From contig JBNGBT010000006.1 of the NCBI GenBank assembly GCA_049903315.1, positions 32,001 through 96,000 on the forward strand: a DNA stretch of 64,000 nucleotides. The letters run 5' to 3'. Positions 28,352-38,065 of this stretch are shown one piece after another. The number at the start of each line of letters is the position of its first letter. The stretch's first letter is position 1. This DNA is from Candidatus Cloacimonadota bacterium (GTDB lineage Bacteria > Cloacimonadota > Cloacimonadia > JGIOTU-2). The translations under genes and the position numbers were made by a program. Under the pieces are notes generated by a model, which ran no database searches, was not told the DNA's origin, and worked only from the letters and a program-made list of their open reading frames with translations.

Positions 28352-30433
28352 TTAGTGGGTTAACATCATTTTGCTGGAAATGGATGTGCCGTCGATCTCT
28401 ACTTTATAGAGATAAATACCGTTTGCAACATCATTACCAGCAATATCTTTACCATCCCAGCGTGCAAATCCTTCAGTCGGGCTTGTGCCCTGATTCACTT
28501 CCAGATTTTTGACCAGTTGTCCCCTTAAATTATACACACTGATCGCTGCATTTTGGTAGGCTTTCTTAGCTGTGAAGTTAATAGTTGTGGATGCGATAAA
28601 TGGATTAGGATAATTGGAAATACTCGCTACAGGTTGAGTGGGATCAGGATTTACTGAAACTGGAGGGAATTCTATATCAATGCTGCAATAGGTGATCTGT
28701 CCACCCACATCTTGACCAACTCCTGCACGAATGAAACATCCGAATGAATTATCATCATAATACATGATATGAACACGTCCAATTGTATCACTTATTGGTT
28801 CAATATAGTTATACAGATTTGGATATACCGTGATTTGGCCAGAGAAATCGAATTGAGTGTTGTAAATATCTGAAAGTTCAATGGGATCTGACCAGGATTG
28901 ACCATTATCTGAAGAAGCAGAAATAAAGAGTATCGGATGTGTTGCATACGCTTGATATGCTGGATCGCCATCTTCTGCAAGTTGGACATATGTGCCGTCA
29001 GCCCAAAGTTGAACCATCCAGTTATTCTCTTTATTAATTGCATTTCTCTGGCAATTCTGGTGGAATATCTCAGATTCTTCAGGATATTTATTGTATCCTA
29101 TTGTTGTATACAGAAGGGTGTCTGGACCTACGATTTCCCAGGGTACATCCATACCTGTCCATGGATCAATACCGGGAAGTCCGGGCACATTATGATAAGT
29201 CCAGCTTGATCCATCCCACACTGCCTCTGCCTCAGGAAGGAAATGATTAAAGTAATAACCCGAACCTGCATCATCAGTATATCCGTACTGCTGCATATAC
29301 GCAAGATGTGCATTTCCATTAGCATCAAACTGAGCAGTATCATGCCAACCAGCCGCATCAACCTCTATACTATCAAGAAGCGTACTACTGTTATCACGAA
29401 ATCCTGGAATATTTGCAACCACATAAATATACTCATCAGGTCCATCTCCATGCAGGTTTGATAGATCCCATGTAGCACCATAATCAAAAGACTCAAAGAT
29501 ATAGAAACCTGGATCAACCGGCATATCTCCGAGATCTCCTTCAAGCCAGGAGCAATAACCAACAATCGCAACATGTCCGGGAGTGCTATGATCTATAGCA
29601 AAAGCTTGGGATTGAGGGCGGCAGGATTTTGCTCTCCAATAATACATGGGTCTGACAGTTGTCCAATTAGCAACGTTCAGAACTGGTGTTAAGTCAGCAA
29701 AAGGAGTATTCTCTACATCTATGTACATTATTCTCGGATCTTCACATGGATGATCCCAGGCATCATGTGTGTAGTTCTTTGAGATGTGATATAGTCGAAT
29801 CCACCCATCTCCATTTGGTGATGGTCCTACATATACGTAAGGCCAAATGTACTCATCAGGGAGGGGAGAATCGAAGAAAGTTACTGAAGACCAGAAACCT
29901 GGAATACCGAGCAGTCCATAGTCATCATAACAAATCGTCACACCATAATTTGCGCCAGTTGGGTTTTCATGCCATGTGGAAAAGCAGTCACCGGTTGCAG
30001 GATGGATAGCTATACTACCATATCCTTGAGTGCGATCATACGTTGAGATTGTACCCCAGTTTCCACCGATAACGCCTGAAGCATCAGCATAGGCATAGTA
30101 CTGGCGACGGGTTGCAGTAGTAGTAGCTGTCCCATGCCATGTGATATAGGTGCCAGCACCTATATTATATTGTCGTTGTATGGGATAGCCTTCATATGAA
30201 CCGGGCATGTAATCATAGTACGACGTCATGATCGCAGTAGGGTTGGTGGAAAAACTATAGTTAGGAACAGGTGGGTTATCACGATGATTGGCTTTTGACA
30301 GGGGAATTAATTTACTGACATCAATATTGGTAACAGCAGTTTTTTCAGAACCAGCTGGATCCATAAATTCCGCGTGAAGTGTGAGAGTCGATACAAAAAA
30401 ACATAAGAGTAAAAGTACTCCTAATTTTTTCAT
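28352..30433 (-). CDS. Secreted Asp-box protein with T9SS/FlgD-Ig-type CTD, paralog 3
   Basis: MKKLGVLL signal peptide (SD GGAGG 30439-30443), SYYDYMPGSY, ESFDYGATW, SSDNGQSW, CTD NYPNPF...KMMLTH. Confidence 0.87.
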   Translation of the reverse strand: MKKLGVLLLLCFFVSTLTLHAEFMDPAGSEKTAVTNIDVSKLIPLSKANHRDNPPVPNYSFSTNPTAIMTSYYDYMPGSYEGYPIQRQYNIGAGTYITWHGTATTTATRRQYYAYADASGVIGGNWGTISTYDRTQGYGSIAIHPATGDCFSTWHENPTGANYGVTICYDDYGLLGIPGFWSSVTFFDSPLPDEYIWPYVYVGPSPNGDGWIRLYHISKNYTHDAWDHPCEDPRIMYIDVENTPFADLTPVLNVANWTTVRPMYYWRAKSCRPQSQAFAIDHSTPGHVAIVGYCSWLEGDLGDMPVDPGFYIFESFDYGATWDLSNLHGDGPDEYIYVVANIPGFRDNSSTLLDSIEVDAAGWHDTAQFDANGNAHLAYMQQYGYTDDAGSGYYFNHFLPEAEAVWDGSSWTYHNVPGLPGIDPWTGMDVPWEIVGPDTLLYTTIGYNKYPEESEIFHQNCQRNAINKENNWMVQLWADGTYVQLAEDGDPAYQAYATHPILFISASSDNGQSWSDPIELSDIYNTQFDFSGQITVYPNLYNYIEPISDTIGRVHIMYYDDNSFGCFIRAGVGQDVGGQITYCSIDIEFPPVSVNPDPTQPVASISNYPNPFIASTTINFTAKKAYQNAAISVYNLRGQLVKNLEVNQGTSPTEGFARWDGKDIAGNDVANGIYLYKVEIDGTSISSKMMLTH

Positions 30434-30604
30434 GTAAACCTCCATTTAATTTTTTGTAATACGTTAACATTTTTAACCTCTCTAAGAAAACAACATCTTG
30501 TGAAATCCTAAATATTTTAGATCTCGGGCTTTTTTACACTCTATTTAATGTTATAAAAAAAGTAATTTATTAATTTTTTTTTGTCAAGAAGTTGATGGTT
30601 AAAT

Positions 30605-30635
30605 AAAAAAAGCCTGCTCGATGAACGAACAGGCT
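30605..30635 (-). terminator. Intrinsic terminator, copy 3 of the repeated family; end of the TBDR operon
   Basis: Plus-strand aaaaaaagcctgctc-gatgaac-gaacaggct. Confidence 0.85.
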
Positions 30636-30657
30636 AATGTATAATGTAAGATTTTAC

Positions 30658-32823
30658 TTATCTGCTAAGCATCATCTTTTTGGCAATTGTTGCACCATTG
30701 GTTTCTACTTTATAGAAGTAAATTCCGTTTGCAACATCATTACCAAACTGGTCAGTTCCATCCCAGGTTGCATGTCCTGCAGTATGAGAATCAGCAATTG
30801 AATCGAGAGATCTTACAAGCTGACCGCGGGTGTTATAGATCGTGACTTTTGCATTTTCCACGCCAACTGAAGCTGCGAATTGGATTTGTGTGTGTGAGAA
30901 GAATGGATTAGGAACATTGCGAAGGGTCATTGTTGCTTCTGGTTGCGGCTGTGAAGGATCTGCTGAAAGTGTCAAACCCGCAAAGTCGATTTTGAATGAA
31001 CAGTAAACCATTTCACCACCGGTTGCTGGACCCATGCTTTGGATCGAGCTACCGTAGTCATTATCATCAAAGAAGTACATGTCTATCTGTCCCCACCCAT
31101 CGCCAAGATCTTTGATCGTGCGATCAATGTAGGGATACATGGTTATCATGTCTGCAAATCCCGGGAATACGGTGCTGTAGATATCAGAAAGTTCAATTGG
31201 GGCGCTCCAGTTTTCACCGTTATTATTGGTTGCAGATATATGAAGAATTGGATGTGTTGCATATGCATCATATCCGGGTATTGCATTTTCTGCATAAAGT
31301 GTTTTTGTGCCACTATCCCATACTTGAACCATCCATGGTTGTGTGTAACAGGCTGCATTACGTTGTGTATTTTCGTGGAAGCCAACGTCATTAGCGATTG
31401 CAAATGGATAATCTCTCCAGGGGTAGACTAAAGTGTCACCGCTTACAGGATCAATTTCCCATGGAACGCTCATGCCTGACCATGCATCGATTCCTGGTAA
31501 ATTAGGAACATTGCGAATTTCCCATGTGCCGTCAGTTTTGTAGACAACTTCAGCTTCGTACTGGAACTCGTAATAGGGCCAATAGGACGCGCTTCCCGCT
31601 GCACCGTCAACTTTGCATATCCAGAACATTTCAGGTAGGTGCAGATTTCCTTCGCTATCAAAGGTAGCTGTTCTATGAGTTGAGTGTTGGTTACCGGGCC
31701 ATCCAATCCATACATGAAGTGAATCAAAAGGCAAGTCGTCAACTGTAAATCCAGGAACGTTTTCTACAGCATAAAGGACATATTCATTTAACATGCCTAC
31801 ATCAGTCTGGTATGAATGGAAGTTTGCATAGTCCCAGGTTTCACCACCATCATAAGAATCCCATACATAGAATCCTTGAGGAACAACTTCTTCACCTATT
31901 AAACCATTAGTGTATCCTGCATAACCAAATATTGCGATATGTCCTGCATTGAATGGATCCACTGCCCAAGAAGTATAAGGACGACAGGAAAGACCTATAT
32001 CTGGATCTGACCAGTCACGACACACGTTAACAGGACCACCCCAGTTGTTCTTATCAAGCATAATATCAAGGTCACCGTAAACGTAGGAATCTTCAGGAAT
32101 ATCTATCCAACGGATAATATCATGTTCGATTACACCATCAGGATTCTGCTGGCTGGTCTGATACAAACGATAGTTCCCGGTTGTAGCATAATCCGGTGCC
32201 ATTCCAATTTCCATATAGGGCCAGATATACTCGTCGATATAAGGAAGCGGCTGGTCAAAAGTTACAGGAGTTTTCCAGAAACCGGGAATGAAGAGTAGTC
32301 CATAATCGTCAAAAGTAGCACGCGTGTTCGTATCTTCAGGAGTTGCGGATTCCATAATATCGTGCCATGTAGCAACAGGATCGCCTGAAGCGGGATGCAT
32401 GGTTACGTCGGGATAACCCTGCCATGTGTCAGAAGTGGTAATAGTTGCATATTCTATTGCCCCACTTGGATGAACGTATGCCCAATACACTCTTCGATTA
32501 TCAGTCGTGTTTGGACGACCGTGGAAGATAAAGTAAACGCCACCGTATTCATCTGGCTGGCATGCAATTGGGTAACCGCAATAACTACCAGGCATATAGT
32601 CATAGTAGTTAGTAAAACCTGCGAGGGTTGTAGGAGCCTGAATGAATTCCCAATCAGGCACATTGAAGTTGCCATCATTTCTGTTCTGTGTGGCAACAGT
32701 GAGATGCTTAGGTGCTTCAATAGGAACAAGTGTATTATTGTTCACTGGTTGTTGAGCATCATTAGCCCAAACCATTCCTGTGAGCACGAGGAGCATCATA
32801 CTAAGCATAGCAATTTTTTTCAT
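30658..32823 (-). CDS. Secreted Asp-box protein with T9SS/FlgD-Ig-type CTD, paralog 4 (most divergent; last gene of the TBDR operon)
   Basis: Signal peptide, NYYDYMPGSY, IPGFW, DEYIWP, DSYDGGETW, ATNNNGENW, CTD NVPNPF...KMMLSR. Confidence 0.87.
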   Translation of the reverse strand: MKKIAMLSMMLLVLTGMVWANDAQQPVNNNTLVPIEAPKHLTVATQNRNDGNFNVPDWEFIQAPTTLAGFTNYYDYMPGSYCGYPIACQPDEYGGVYFIFHGRPNTTDNRRVYWAYVHPSGAIEYATITTSDTWQGYPDVTMHPASGDPVATWHDIMESATPEDTNTRATFDDYGLLFIPGFWKTPVTFDQPLPYIDEYIWPYMEIGMAPDYATTGNYRLYQTSQQNPDGVIEHDIIRWIDIPEDSYVYGDLDIMLDKNNWGGPVNVCRDWSDPDIGLSCRPYTSWAVDPFNAGHIAIFGYAGYTNGLIGEEVVPQGFYVWDSYDGGETWDYANFHSYQTDVGMLNEYVLYAVENVPGFTVDDLPFDSLHVWIGWPGNQHSTHRTATFDSEGNLHLPEMFWICKVDGAAGSASYWPYYEFQYEAEVVYKTDGTWEIRNVPNLPGIDAWSGMSVPWEIDPVSGDTLVYPWRDYPFAIANDVGFHENTQRNAACYTQPWMVQVWDSGTKTLYAENAIPGYDAYATHPILHISATNNNGENWSAPIELSDIYSTVFPGFADMITMYPYIDRTIKDLGDGWGQIDMYFFDDNDYGSSIQSMGPATGGEMVYCSFKIDFAGLTLSADPSQPQPEATMTLRNVPNPFFSHTQIQFAASVGVENAKVTIYNTRGQLVRSLDSIADSHTAGHATWDGTDQFGNDVANGIYFYKVETNGATIAKKMMLSR

Positions 32824-32856
32824 TTTGTTAATCCTCCATCAATTAATGATTAATTA

Positions 32857-33894
32857 CTAAAATTTCATTTTTACAGATAGACGTATTGGTCCTGTGAGAA
32901 ATTTACCATCCATCTTTTCTTCTAAGTCTTTAAAAGGAGTATATGCAGCATCAATATCCATAATAGCAAAGGAAGTAGGAAGTTTCCAGCCCAGTCCAAA
33001 CGATGCTGTTTGAGCATCAAGATTAAATTGATATCCACCGCGAAGGAAGAAGGTTCCGATTCTGTATTCAAGCCCGGCATTATACGTTTCGAGTCGGTCA
33101 ACACAGTTATCAACTTGGAATACTGCATTTATTGACTGCATCTTGGTTTCGAGAATATTCATTGCAATGCCAAGAGAGAAATTCATTGGAAGTGCAAAAG
33201 AGAGTTCTTCTCTGTCTTCATCAACAAGTCCGTCAGCATCATTATCGAGCAGATCATAAGGATCTTCATCAATAAGACCGTCTCCGTCATTATCCAATGT
33301 GTACTTCATTTCAGGTCCGAAGTTTCGTAAGCTCATACCAATCGTAAGATCTTTCCAGCCGGTATTGTAGAGAGAACCAAGGTCAACACTCCAACCATTT
33401 ACATCATATTCATCAAGATTTTCTCTAAGATATTTAAATGAGATTCCGAGTGAGAATTTATCAGTAAGCATGGTTGCGTAAGAAAGTCCGCCCATCATAT
33501 CACTGCATGTGAACTGTTCTCCATTAGGTCCAAATTCATCATCAGTCGTCACGTCCATCCAGTCCATATATAATATTGAACCATTGATTCCGAACACTCC
33601 GAAAGAAGTCGGGAATGCAAAGGTTAAATAATCATAATTTATATCCGCAACATAACGAGTGTGGTTGAGAAATAGTTCAGTACCATTTGTATATGCGAGA
33701 CCAGCGACATTCCAGTAGGTTGAGGAAGCACCTTTTGTATATGCTGTATATGCTTCTCCCATTCCGATAGCGCGAGCGTCAACACCGATTTTGAGGAACT
33801 GAAGACCAGTAGTACCGACTTTAGCAAAAATATCAGCTTGAACCAAGGTTGGTATAAGTAAAAGGGCCAATATTACAAAAATTATCCTTTTCAT
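32857..33894 (-). CDS. PorV/PorQ-family outer-membrane beta-barrel
   Basis: Signal peptide, G..FLKIGVDARAIGMGEAY..., YWNVAGLA, alternating beta-strands, C-terminal Phe (KMKF); carries an acidic DNDGDG repeat insert. Confidence 0.85.
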   Translation of the reverse strand: MKRIIFVILALLLIPTLVQADIFAKVGTTGLQFLKIGVDARAIGMGEAYTAYTKGASSTYWNVAGLAYTNGTELFLNHTRYVADINYDYLTFAFPTSFGVFGINGSILYMDWMDVTTDDEFGPNGEQFTCSDMMGGLSYATMLTDKFSLGISFKYLRENLDEYDVNGWSVDLGSLYNTGWKDLTIGMSLRNFGPEMKYTLDNDGDGLIDEDPYDLLDNDADGLVDEDREELSFALPMNFSLGIAMNILETKMQSINAVFQVDNCVDRLETYNAGLEYRIGTFFLRGGYQFNLDAQTASFGLGWKLPTSFAIMDIDAAYTPFKDLEEKMDGKFLTGPIRLSVKMKF

Positions 33895-33905
33895 GTTAAC
33901 CACCT

Positions 33906-36900
33906 TTATTTAATTAAAACAAGTTTATCGACTTTAACATCACCAGTCGCATGATCTTTAACAGAATATAAGTACACTCCACTCGCAATGATCTGATCAT
34001 GTTTCGAAAGGAGATCCCAGGGTTCCATTCCACTTGGAGCAATACCGGTATGAGTAGCTTTACTAGGATTGATAACATCAACAGTTGATACGCCGTTATG
34101 TTCGATTTCATCAACGAGATCACCGGCAAGAGTGTAGATTTTAATAGTACATTTTTCAGGTAGATTTACAAACCAGACACGCTTACTTCTATCACCGTTC
34201 TCATCTTTGTCGCGTCTTCCGTCGAATTTACTTTGCCCGAGGTATGGGTTTGGAACGACATAGACATTTTCGAGATTTGAAGCAGCTGAGGGACCGGCAA
34301 AGATCGTTATTCGATTTCCATCTTTTCCTGATTCAAGGGCTTGAAGGCTTTGTGAAGGAATACCTCTATCAAAAGAACTTACAGCAAAATAGTTTTCAAC
34401 ACCCTTTTCAGGATAGAGTATTTCACTAATATAATATCTGCGAGAGAGTCTGTTTTTCTTCAATTCAAGTAATCCTTCAGGATGTGCTTGTCCAAGATGT
34501 TCTGGAAGAGGGATCAATTTATCATCATAGAGATCGAGATAAAGTTCATCGGCAATAGCTGGATTTTTAAAGAGGAGAGATTCTTTGTCATGTCTTTCGT
34601 TTTCCGGAAGATGAGCATAGGGAGAGACATCTACATCAGCGCTGTCCAGTACATTATAAAGAGGAATACCATGCACATTTGCACCAGTGACAATATCAAC
34701 AAAGGAATAGAGTGAATCAAGCTGATAATAGTCCGTCCAGTATACAGTACTATCCGCCGTATAGATAATATCTTTTGTTGGATCAGAGCCCACAATATAC
34801 GGCATGAGAATTCCGTTATTGATGCCCAACTGACCACCATAGGATACATTCATACTGTCAACAGGAAGATTCATACAGACATTATAGTCTCTCATATCCT
34901 GAGGAGTATCAATCTTGTCCCAGCGGTTCATTCTCATATAAGCATCCTGCTCGCCTGAGTTGGCAGCTTTCCACAATGAGTAACCCTGGAAGTCATGCCT
35001 TAATCTAAAGGCAGTCCATGGGTTAACTTTGGCGTTTATATTTTGAATGAGGGTACCTCCAGGTGTATATTGAGGAGCGAATTCCTCTGGAAAGTATCCA
35101 TAATGTGCTAATTGTGCATCGTAGTTATCTATATAGCTATCAAGATAAGGGATCATGTCCTGCCAGCCGACAAATTCTTTAGTGAGGGTCATTCTATCAA
35201 CGGTGAATTCCGATCGGTTATCCCAGTAAACATAAATGGTATCACCGTTCAAAGATTGATCAAGTGTCATGTTTGGTATGTCAGGGGGACCCGGCGCTTC
35301 ATAGTGTTTGAATGTATCGGGAAGCACAACAGTTGTGAGGGTTTGTGCCTGTCCGTAAAGCACTTTTGACCAAACCGCAGTCCTTTTAAGTTCTTCAATA
35401 TCGTCACCTGGGAATACCGCAATAACAATCTTCATTGTCTCGTAAGGTTTGAGGTTCCAGCTGGAGTCTGTTGGTGCAACGAAACCCTGCTGGTCACCAT
35501 AGAACGCAAAAAGAAATCGGGTGTCAATTGGGTCATTGAGTTGAGCACTCGGGTCTTCACGAAGAGAAGTGAATTTAATATCAAAGGAATCTGTGTTATG
35601 TGTCATCAGCCAATACTTTTCATTTCGTTCAGCATTGGGTACATTATGTGTAGGACCGTCACCGACTTCCCATGTCCAGCACGCAAAATCGAGCTGTTCG
35701 GGATCGGGAGAACACACGCGAGCGCCAATGTAACCTGTTGTAAGCCCGCCGTCCGTATCAGCATCATATGTGTACGCAAACTCATAACCGTCACCTGGAA
35801 CATAACTGCTTATGTCTTCACTGCAACGCGCTTGTGCACCCCATGCTTGTGGACCTACATCACAATCCATGTACACGGCCATTGCACAGTCAAAAAGTGT
35901 GTCAACAGGATTCATGTTAGTAATGTCAAACTCGACATAGACCAAATTTTTAATGTATTCATAACTCCACTGAAAACTGACCTGGCGTACTCGAATATTG
36001 TTTGGTATATGTTCTTGAGAATAGGATTGAGATTCTTTTACTCTCTCTCCGGGAGTACCAAAAGGACTGTAATCATAATAGTAACCAAGATAATCCTGTT
36101 CCGATATGGGGTAGCCATCTTCATCCCTAAGCATATCTCCGTCATCATCCTGACGTTGAGCAAAGTTATATATGCTGTCAGGATCTTCATATCCTAGTTT
36201 GAGGAATCCGAGTGGGAACCAGATATCAATATTCGAAAGAATTTCAGCAGGCTCACATTGCATACTATCTACCGCACCCCTGAACTCATTATCACCAGGC
36301 AAAAAGGTGCTGAACTGTGAAGGGACCGTGTTTCTATAGGGGAATGCAAAACCAGCGGGATCTTCATCGATCCTTCCATCACCATCATCATCTTCACCTG
36401 GTTTCTGATCACGAATAGATGATTCAACAACACCATCGCTCAGGTTATAGATATCATATTTTGGTCCGAGAACATTTTCTTCAAGCGGATTATATGCCGG
36501 CAAGAATTCATAGTAATCATCGTCACCATCAAAACCGACGGTTACGAGAGTATCAATGACTCTACCGAATCCCATGTTAGTGGTACCGGTTGTTTCTTGT
36601 AATGCATCCTGCCAATACAGCATCTGACCGAAGTCATTTCTGCGTTGTTTACAGGCACCGAACCATAAAGCACCCTGGTAAAGATAATCAATACCGGATC
36701 CTCCTGGATATTCCAGGGAGGGCCATTGCGGGACAACATCATCGCCTGAACCAAAGAAACCATAGTTACTAATTCGCAACCAAATGTTTCCGACATCGTG
36801 ATAGTGAAAGATATCAAGTCTTTTATCTGCGCCAGAGCCACCATTTACTGATCGACCCAAAAGATAAGTACTTGAGAGCATCAGCATGAGGAGAACTACC

Positions 36901-36935
36901 AGAAAAACAGGCAGGAAACCAATTTTAGAGCGCAT
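33906..36935 (-). CDS. Large secreted protein with a second-type sorting CTD
   Basis: Signal peptide (SD AGGAGG 36940-36945), HDVGNIWLRISNYG...EYPGGSG..YLY.GALW.G N-domain, FQGYSLWK and YFAVSSFD FN3-like motifs, CTD VYVVPNPY...FVNLP..CTIKIYTLAGDLV...WDL.....IASGVYLY...KLVLIK. Confidence 0.8.
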   Translation of the reverse strand: MRSKIGFLPVFLVVLLMLMLSSTYLLGRSVNGGSGADKRLDIFHYHDVGNIWLRISNYGFFGSGDDVVPQWPSLEYPGGSGIDYLYQGALWFGACKQRRNDFGQMLYWQDALQETTGTTNMGFGRVIDTLVTVGFDGDDDYYEFLPAYNPLEENVLGPKYDIYNLSDGVVESSIRDQKPGEDDDGDGRIDEDPAGFAFPYRNTVPSQFSTFLPGDNEFRGAVDSMQCEPAEILSNIDIWFPLGFLKLGYEDPDSIYNFAQRQDDDGDMLRDEDGYPISEQDYLGYYYDYSPFGTPGERVKESQSYSQEHIPNNIRVRQVSFQWSYEYIKNLVYVEFDITNMNPVDTLFDCAMAVYMDCDVGPQAWGAQARCSEDISSYVPGDGYEFAYTYDADTDGGLTTGYIGARVCSPDPEQLDFACWTWEVGDGPTHNVPNAERNEKYWLMTHNTDSFDIKFTSLREDPSAQLNDPIDTRFLFAFYGDQQGFVAPTDSSWNLKPYETMKIVIAVFPGDDIEELKRTAVWSKVLYGQAQTLTTVVLPDTFKHYEAPGPPDIPNMTLDQSLNGDTIYVYWDNRSEFTVDRMTLTKEFVGWQDMIPYLDSYIDNYDAQLAHYGYFPEEFAPQYTPGGTLIQNINAKVNPWTAFRLRHDFQGYSLWKAANSGEQDAYMRMNRWDKIDTPQDMRDYNVCMNLPVDSMNVSYGGQLGINNGILMPYIVGSDPTKDIIYTADSTVYWTDYYQLDSLYSFVDIVTGANVHGIPLYNVLDSADVDVSPYAHLPENERHDKESLLFKNPAIADELYLDLYDDKLIPLPEHLGQAHPEGLLELKKNRLSRRYYISEILYPEKGVENYFAVSSFDRGIPSQSLQALESGKDGNRITIFAGPSAASNLENVYVVPNPYLGQSKFDGRRDKDENGDRSKRVWFVNLPEKCTIKIYTLAGDLVDEIEHNGVSTVDVINPSKATHTGIAPSGMEPWDLLSKHDQIIASGVYLYSVKDHATGDVKVDKLVLIK

Positions 36936-36983
36936 ATTACCTCCTACTTTCTTCATTAAAATTTTATTTTTCATATTACAACT

Positions 36984-37622
36984 TTATAACTGGAATGTGA
37001 TCGGAAATGTCACCCATACTGCTACAGGTTTACCCTGATTTTTTGCAGGTATGAAAGTCCATTGTTTCACTGCTGTTATCGCTGCTTCATCCAAACTACC
37101 AGGACCGGATTGTAAGCTCTTAACGATTTCAACAGCACCAACATTACCATCTTCAAAAACTTCTGCACGAACGATCACCTCACCTTCAATACCAGCATTT
37201 CTGGCGAACTGAGGATATTCTGGTCGCACCTTTTTTATAGGAATAGGTTCTTCTTCGTGAACAACGAATTTAGGAGTAGTACCTTCTCTGGAAACAGGGG
37301 GTGGTTTAGTAAGGTCAAGAGTGGTGGGACCGATTGTTTCGATTTCTTCAATCTCTTCGTCATCACTCATATCGCTTTCTTCAACTGTAAGAGGAATAAT
37401 AGGTTTTACTTCTTCGGGAGGTTTGAATTTCTGTCGAACTTCAGGAGGTATCTCAATGGTTTGGATTTCTTTTGCTTGGTGCTGATAGGGTTTCACTTCT
37501 ATCTTCGGAAAAACCATGAAAGTGAAAAGCAGCAAAAGAAGCGCGAGCGACAATGATTTCTCATAAAAAGAACTCGCTACATCTTTCCAATCATACTGAA
37601 CATTAACAGATTTCTTTTGCAT
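36984..37622 (-). CDS. tonB: Energy transducer TonB
   Basis: N-terminal TM, Pro/Glu-rich linker, C-domain P.YP..AR.AGIEGEV...G.V...LDEAA..AVKQW.F.PA...GKPV. Confidence 0.92.
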   Translation of the reverse strand: MQKKSVNVQYDWKDVASSFYEKSLSLALLLLLFTFMVFPKIEVKPYQHQAKEIQTIEIPPEVRQKFKPPEEVKPIIPLTVEESDMSDDEEIEEIETIGPTTLDLTKPPPVSREGTTPKFVVHEEEPIPIKKVRPEYPQFARNAGIEGEVIVRAEVFEDGNVGAVEIVKSLQSGPGSLDEAAITAVKQWTFIPAKNQGKPVAVWVTFPITFQL

Positions 37623-37649
37623 AATATAGAACCTTTAATTTATGTTACG

Positions 37650-38057
37650 TTACCTAAATTTCCGCGCTTCAAAGGATATCCTCAAAGCATTTGCTCTTTT
37701 GAGTTCGTTCATCACATCTACCATTATGCCATATTCAGTATCTCTGTCAGTCCGAAAACTTGTGATCAGTGCCGGATTCTCAGCAATCTTATTTTGCATC
37801 ACGAATTGGATCTGATCCACCTGTGTTGCAAAATCATCAATAGATATGAGACCTGAACGGCTGACATAAATAGTGGCTGCATTTCGTCTGTTGATTTTTT
37901 GAATGGCTTCCGCACGGGGAAGATCGACTTTCAGGCCTTTCTCTTTTACAAAGGTCGTGGAAACCATAAAAAATATCAGCAGCAGGAAAGCGATATCGGA
38001 CATTGAAGCATTAGGTATTTCAGAATCTACTTTTGTTTTTCTAACTATTTTTGCCAT
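37650..38057 (-). CDS. exbD: ExbD/TolR family protein (copy 2)
   Basis: ASMSDIAFLLLIFFMVST with conserved TM Asp; VDLP; D....YG..V.VM..L..A. Confidence 0.9.
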   Translation of the reverse strand: MAKIVRKTKVDSEIPNASMSDIAFLLLIFFMVSTTFVKEKGLKVDLPRAEAIQKINRRNAATIYVSRSGLISIDDFATQVDQIQFVMQNKIAENPALITSFRTDRDTEYGIMVDVMNELKRANALRISFEARKFR

Positions 38058-38065
38058 AGTGCCTC

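Noticed and set aside
23893..30635. Repeated ~30-nt palindromic sequence as a possible CRISPR repeat
   Set aside because: The copies are kilobases apart, each follows a stop codon and has a U tract, so they are duplicated terminators. No spacers or cas genes.
23948..32823. Diversity-generating retroelement acting on the paralogs (Avd-like relic at 61 kb)
   Set aside because: No reverse transcriptase and no near-identical TR/VR pair with adenine-specific mismatches; divergence is spread over whole genes.
35541..36197. Long antisense ORFs (also 40133..40711, 53769..54416, 9225..9785)
   Set aside because: They lie opposite well-supported genes and lack motifs or SDs; explained by codon bias of the sense gene.
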